NCBI RefSeq assembly: GCF_000002075.1
Contig: NW_004797520.1
Coordinates: 304,072 to 368,071, forward strand
DNA length: 64,000 bases
Origin: Aplysia californica
Taxonomy: Eukaryota
Reading direction: 5' to 3'
Shown piece by piece: positions 58,612 to 64,000 of the stretch. A program made the translations under genes and the position numbers. The first letter of the stretch is position 1. Each line of letters begins with the position of its first letter. The notes beneath the pieces were generated by a model. That model searched no databases. It was not told where the DNA came from and was given only the letters and a program-made list of their open reading frames with translations.

Positions 58612-60194
58612 AGTGAGCTGTGGTTTAGCTGTGTGATATATACAATTAATGTGTTACCTTTTCCCCTAATCATTAATGTTTAAAAATTGCTCTTTGTTTC
58701 CAACATTCATCTTTTCCTTGTTTTGTGGCAATATCAATTTAACAATTTATTCACTTTTTATTCGTATATTTGACTTTGTAACTAATATTTTTCACTGTGC
58801 ATTTTGGGTTGTTGTTTTTTCACAGTAGTTTTCAATTACAACAGATGTTGAATTATTTTAAAGATTTTTTAAGCAAGAAATGTTGAGACTTATGATGGAA
58901 TTTAAATATTGCTTGTCACGGCGCAGGCTGCATAATTTATTGGGACAATATTTAAGGGGGGAAAATTGGTTTCAAGGTTACAGTTGAAGTTGAGGGCATT
59001 CTGTGTTCATTTGTTTTACGAAATAATGAATAGTAATACACAGTAACAACTTTGGTCTACGCGATAAGAAATAGTAGTAGTAATACACATTGACAACTTG
59101 GTCATCCAATTGGACAGCCTTGCCTGTCAGTGTCAACGTTCTTGATTACTCTTTGAAGAGAACAAAATCCAGATTTTAGTTTTGTTTTGAAGCACTTGTG
59201 CTGTGGCTTACTGGGGTGAAGTTAAGAGAGAAAGTAGACTGAGATAAAGTAGACTGAGATAAAGTCGACTTTCTTTTAATTTTATGTTGAAAGAAACTGT
59301 TTTTTAAGTTTTATGCTTTAAAAAAAAAAAATTGTTCTAAAGGTTTTTTATCATTAGAGTGCAATGTTTGTTATTTTTACACCTCACCCGTGTGCAATAA
59401 TTGTGTGATGCACCCCACTATTTATATTTATGAAATAACAATATACTTGGGGTTGTCTTTGCCCGTTTGTGTACAAGATTCCTCAGTCTAAGTCACTTTT
59501 ATTGCCTTTTGTTGGGCAGATGTGTACCTGGCATGCATACAAAGCCTCTTCTTCTCATTATTTCTTCACACGGATTGCTCCCTCCCCCCTCCCCTCTCCC
59601 TCCATTCATCCACCCTATTTCCAATTCCATGAATAAACTGTTATTCATGTTTTTCTTTCACTGTGTTGAGTTTTATTTCTTGTTTTGTTGGTATTGTGTT
59701 GACGAAGAGAAGTTAATAAGAATAGCCTTTTTTTTGTTTCGTGATTTAATACAGCCAGAAATTTTTGTGAAACTCAAACAGAGTGAGTCCCCCCCCCCCA
59801 ATCAGGGCAGTGCTACTGACTGAAGTTGTCTTTAGGCCATTTCCAAAGGGGGGATATTAACACGTTGTTATGCACAGTAGAATTGTAAATGGGCTGATTT
59901 ATCAATGCCGTGCTCATACTGTGCCGAAACAACATAGGGGGAACTGCTGCTTTTTCTGTCCTCATCCTTACTATCGTCATTTTTCCTCTACTTCTTTTTG
60001 TATGTTTGTCACTCTCGTCGACTGCTATTTCCGGGGTGCCTTGATAGTTGAAGCAGACTTTACTTACGTATTTCAACAGCACTTAAGAAACGGATAACAG
60101 TAAATAACACTGTTGTTGCTTAGGCCAAATAGAAACAGTTTTTTTTTGTCCGTCAGTGTCTGAAGTTGATCACTGTTCCTGCAGAGTATTGTTT

Positions 60195-60369
60195 TCGTTT
60201 TAGAAAGAGTTTTACGGCACCTGCAACACAATAAGGTCATATAAGTGCCGAAGAATAGATTTGTTACAAGAGAGTAACATACTCAAAAAAGAAGGAGGAT
60301 CGATAAGGACGATAGATGTTTGATAGGAAAGAAGGGGCAAACTGCACCAGACCACCTGCCAACCACCCA
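60195..60369 (-). mobile_element. Only minus-strand copy seen of the ~175-bp SINE-like family
   Basis: Reverse complement of the consensus; TSD cagagtattgttt / cagaatattgttt. Confidence 0.88.
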
Positions 60370-60789
60370 CAGAATATTGTTTGAAGAGAAATTGAAGCAA
60401 TAAGGATGAAGATGACCTGTGGTCTCATTCTGGCCCAGATTTTGAGTAGGCCTATTTTTTTAAAATGCTTCATTTCTACTTGTGGTACGGACTCGAGAAT
60501 CAGTTATCCCTTAGCACTAATAGTAATAGTAGGCCTACCTTACTACCACCACTATAGGTGGCAATATCAGGAACAACACCAATATCTCTTCATGTAACAG
60601 ACACACGTAGGTCTACTGTTTTACAACTATGTAAATACCCCCCCCACACACACACACACATACGTACACATACACACACATAATGCACTGTCCCTACACC
60701 CATGTGGTCACAATTTAGATCATTTAAGTGATGAATGATGAACTGGGCTGTTTTGACCCAGCCTGTCAGAGCCAACAACAGGGGCTGAG

Positions 60790-63700
60790 ATATTCTTGCT
60801 CATCCCTTATTTTTTCTAGCTCAACCAAGTATTTTCTAGCTCATCCCCAGTATTCCTCAGTATTTTGCAGATCATTCTCAGTATTTTTCTAGCTGATCCC
60901 CAAAATTTGCCAGTATTTTCTAGCTCATCCACAATATTCTCTGGCTTATCCCAAATATTCCCCACTATTTTCTAGCTCATCTTCAACAATTTTTAGCTCA
61001 ACCCTAATATTTTTTTAGCTTAATTATTTCTAGTATTTTCTAGCTCAACACTGATATTTTTCAGATCATCCCCTGCTTTGTCTAGATCATCCCCACCATT
61101 TTTTCAAGTCTTTCCCAAGTATTTTCTAGCTCATCCCCAGTATTTTATAGCTCAACCTTAAAAGTTTCTAGCTTATCGCCCCCACTCTTTTCTAGCTCAA
61201 CCACATTATTTTCTAGCTCATCACCAATATTTTTCACATCTTCACAAATATATTCTAACTCATGCCTAATATTATCTAGTTCATTACAAATATTTTCTAA
61301 CTCATGCCTAATATTATCTAGTTCATTACAAATATTTTCTATCACTTCCCCAATATTTTTTTACCTCATCCCGAATATTCCCCAGACTTTAAAAAAAATC
61401 TCATACCCTATGCTTTTTCAAACCCATCCACAATATTTTGTAGCTCACCCCCAGTATTTTATAACTCAGCCTTAAATTTTTCTAACTCATCCCCACTATT
61501 TTCTAGCTCAACCACAGTATTTTCTTGCTCATCCTTAATATTTTCTAGCTCGTCCCCAGTATTTTCTAGCTTAACCTCAATATTTTCTAGCTTATCCCCA
61601 GTATTTCTGAGTATTTTCTATATCCTTTCCAGTATTTTCTAGCTCATCCCCAGTATTTTCTGGCGTTTCCACAGTATTCCCCAGTACTAGATAATTCCCA
61701 GTATTTTCTAGCTGATCCCCAAAATGTCCAGTAAAATTTTCTTGCCCATCTCCAATATTTTCTGGCTTATCCCAAATATTCTCCAGTATATTCTAACTCA
61801 TCTCCAACATTTTCAAGCTCAACCAAAATATTTTCTAGCTCAACCAAAATATTTTCTAGCTCATCCCCACTATTTTTCTAGCTCAACCACAGTATTTTAT
61901 AGCTCATCACTATAATTTTTCACCTTATCACAAATATTTTCAAGCTCATTCCTATTATTTTCTAGCTCATCCCAATTATTTTCTAGCTCATCCCTGATAT
62001 TTTCTAGCAAATCCCCATGACTTTTTTTTAGCTCATCCCCAGAGTTCCTCGGTATTTTTTAAGCTTATCCCGAATATTCCCCAGTATTTTCTAGCTCATC
62101 CCCAGTATTTTCTAGCTCATCCCCAGTATTTTATAGCTCAACCTTTACATTTTCTGGCTCATCTCCATTATTTCCCTGATTTTTCTATCTCAACCCCAAT
62201 ATTTTTTTTCTTTTCCAATATTTTCTAGCTCATCCCCAATATTTTTTTTTGTCTATCCCTAATATTTTCTAGCTTATTCTAAGTATATACTAGATCAACC
62301 CGAATATTGTCTAGCTCATTCCCAATATTTTCTAGCTTAACCACATTTTTTTCTAGCTCATCCCTAATATTTTCTAGCTCGTCCCAAGTATTTTCTAGGT
62401 TTTCCCTAATATTTTCTAGCTCCATCACCAATATTTTCTAGCTTAAACCTAATATTTTTTTTAGCTTATTCAAAGTATACTCTAGATCAACCCAAATATT
62501 TTCTAGCTCATACCCAATATTTTCTAGCATAACCACAATATTTTCTAGCTCATCCCTAATATTTTCTAGCTCCATCACCAATATTTTCTGGCTCAACCCT
62601 AACATTTTCTAGCTTATTCCCAGTATATTCTAGATCATCCCTAATATTTTCTAACTCAGCCCCAGTACTTTATAGCTCAACCCTAATAATTTCTAGCGCA
62701 TCCCCAATATTCCTCAGTATTTTCTAGATAATTCCCAGTATTTTTTTTTAGCCCATCTCTAATATTTTCTATCTCATGCTCATTGCTTTCTGGCTAATCT
62801 CCAGCATTTTCTAAATCAACCTCACTATCTTTTAGTTTATCTCCAGTATTTTCTATATCATACCCAGTATTTTCTAGCTCATCCCAATTTTTTTTAGCTC
62901 ATTCATTATATTTTCTAGCTCATCCCCAGTATTTTCTAGCTCATTCACACTATTTTCTAGCTCAACCACAGTATTTTCCAGGTCATCCTTAATATTTTCT
63001 AGCTCATCCCGACTATTTTTAAAAATTTCAATGGTGCCCATACTTTTCTATCTCGTCTCTTATATTTTCTAGCTCGTACAATTTTCATCTCATCCCAAAT
63101 ATTTTCTAGCTCATCCCCAATATTTTTTTTAGTCTATCCCTAATATTTTCTAGCTTATTCTAAGTATATACTAGATCAAACTGAATATTTTCTAGCTCAT
63201 TCCCAATATTTTCTAGCTTAATCACATTTTTTTCTAGCTCATCCCTAATATTTTCTAGCTCGTCCCAAGTATTTTGTAGGTCTTCCCTAATATTTTCTAG
63301 CTCCATCACCAACATTTTTTTAGCTTAACCCTAATATTTTTTAGCTTATTCCAAGTATATTCTAGATCAACCCAAATATTTTCTAGCTCATTCCCAATAT
63401 TTTCTAGCATAACCACAATATTTTCTAGCTCATCCCTAATATTTTCTAGCTCATCACCAATATTTTCTGGCTCAACCCTAATATTTTCTAGCTTATTCCC
63501 AGTATATTCTAGATTATCCCTAATATTTTCTAACTCAGCCCCAGTACTTTATAGCTCAACCCTAATAATTTCTAGCGCATCCCCAGTATTCTTCAGTATC
63601 TTCTAGATAATTCCCAGTATTTTTTTTAGCTCATCTCTAATATTTTCTATCTCATGCTCATTGCTTTCTAGCTAATCTCCAGCATTTTCTAAATCAACCT

Positions 63701-64000
63701 CCCTATTTTTTAGTTTATCTCCAGCATTTTCTAGATTATACCCAGTATTTTCTAGCTCATCCCAATTTTTTAAAGCTCATTCATTATATTTTCTAGCTCA
63801 TCCCCAGTATTTTCTAGCTCATTCACACTATTTTCTAGCTCAACCACAGTATTTTCCAGGTCATCTCTAATATTTTCTAGCTCATCCCGACTATTTAAAA
63901 AAATTTCAATGGTGCCCATACTTTTCTATCTCGTCTCTTATATTTTCTAGCTCGTCTCAGAACAATTTTCATCTCATCCCAAATATTTTCTAGCTCAACC
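60790..64000. repeat. 21-bp satellite with ~880-bp higher-order repeat, running off the window end
   Basis: tattttctagctcatccccag monomers; diagnostic variants recur at 62281/63162 and 63021/63899. Confidence 0.93.

Overview
AT-rich animal genomic DNA (invertebrate-like; lophotrochozoan/mollusc is only a guess) with two assembly gaps (7439-7644, 56484-56628). The ORF track is almost uninformative because the window is dominated by one highly fragmented + strand gene, which I rebuilt by hand from GT-AG sites and codon phases. It is a voltage-gated calcium channel alpha2/delta subunit (CACNA2D family) with 37 coding exons from ATG 637 to TGA 51532 and about 1081 aa, provided one extra G in a G7 run at 43713-43719 is discounted. 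Main observations: (1) a cluster of three paralogous, frame-equivalent exon-15 variants that look mutually exclusive and would swap the segment completing the first dCache pocket, with a candidate long-range RNA pairing, a candidate alternative exon 16 and a 6-nt microexon; (2) candidate alternative exons across the alpha2/delta cleavage junction; (3) many exon boundaries are echoed into the adjacent intron as tandem repeats carrying decoy splice sites; (4) a ~175-bp SINE-like element present about 24 times inside the gene, always in sense orientation and often close to splice sites, in one case supplying the donor. It shares a covarying 3' stem-loop tail with a Meta-type tRNA SINE and a third family. 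The window ends in a 21-bp satellite with ~880-bp higher-order structure. All splice calls are by eye and need RNA-seq; repeat boundaries are approximate.
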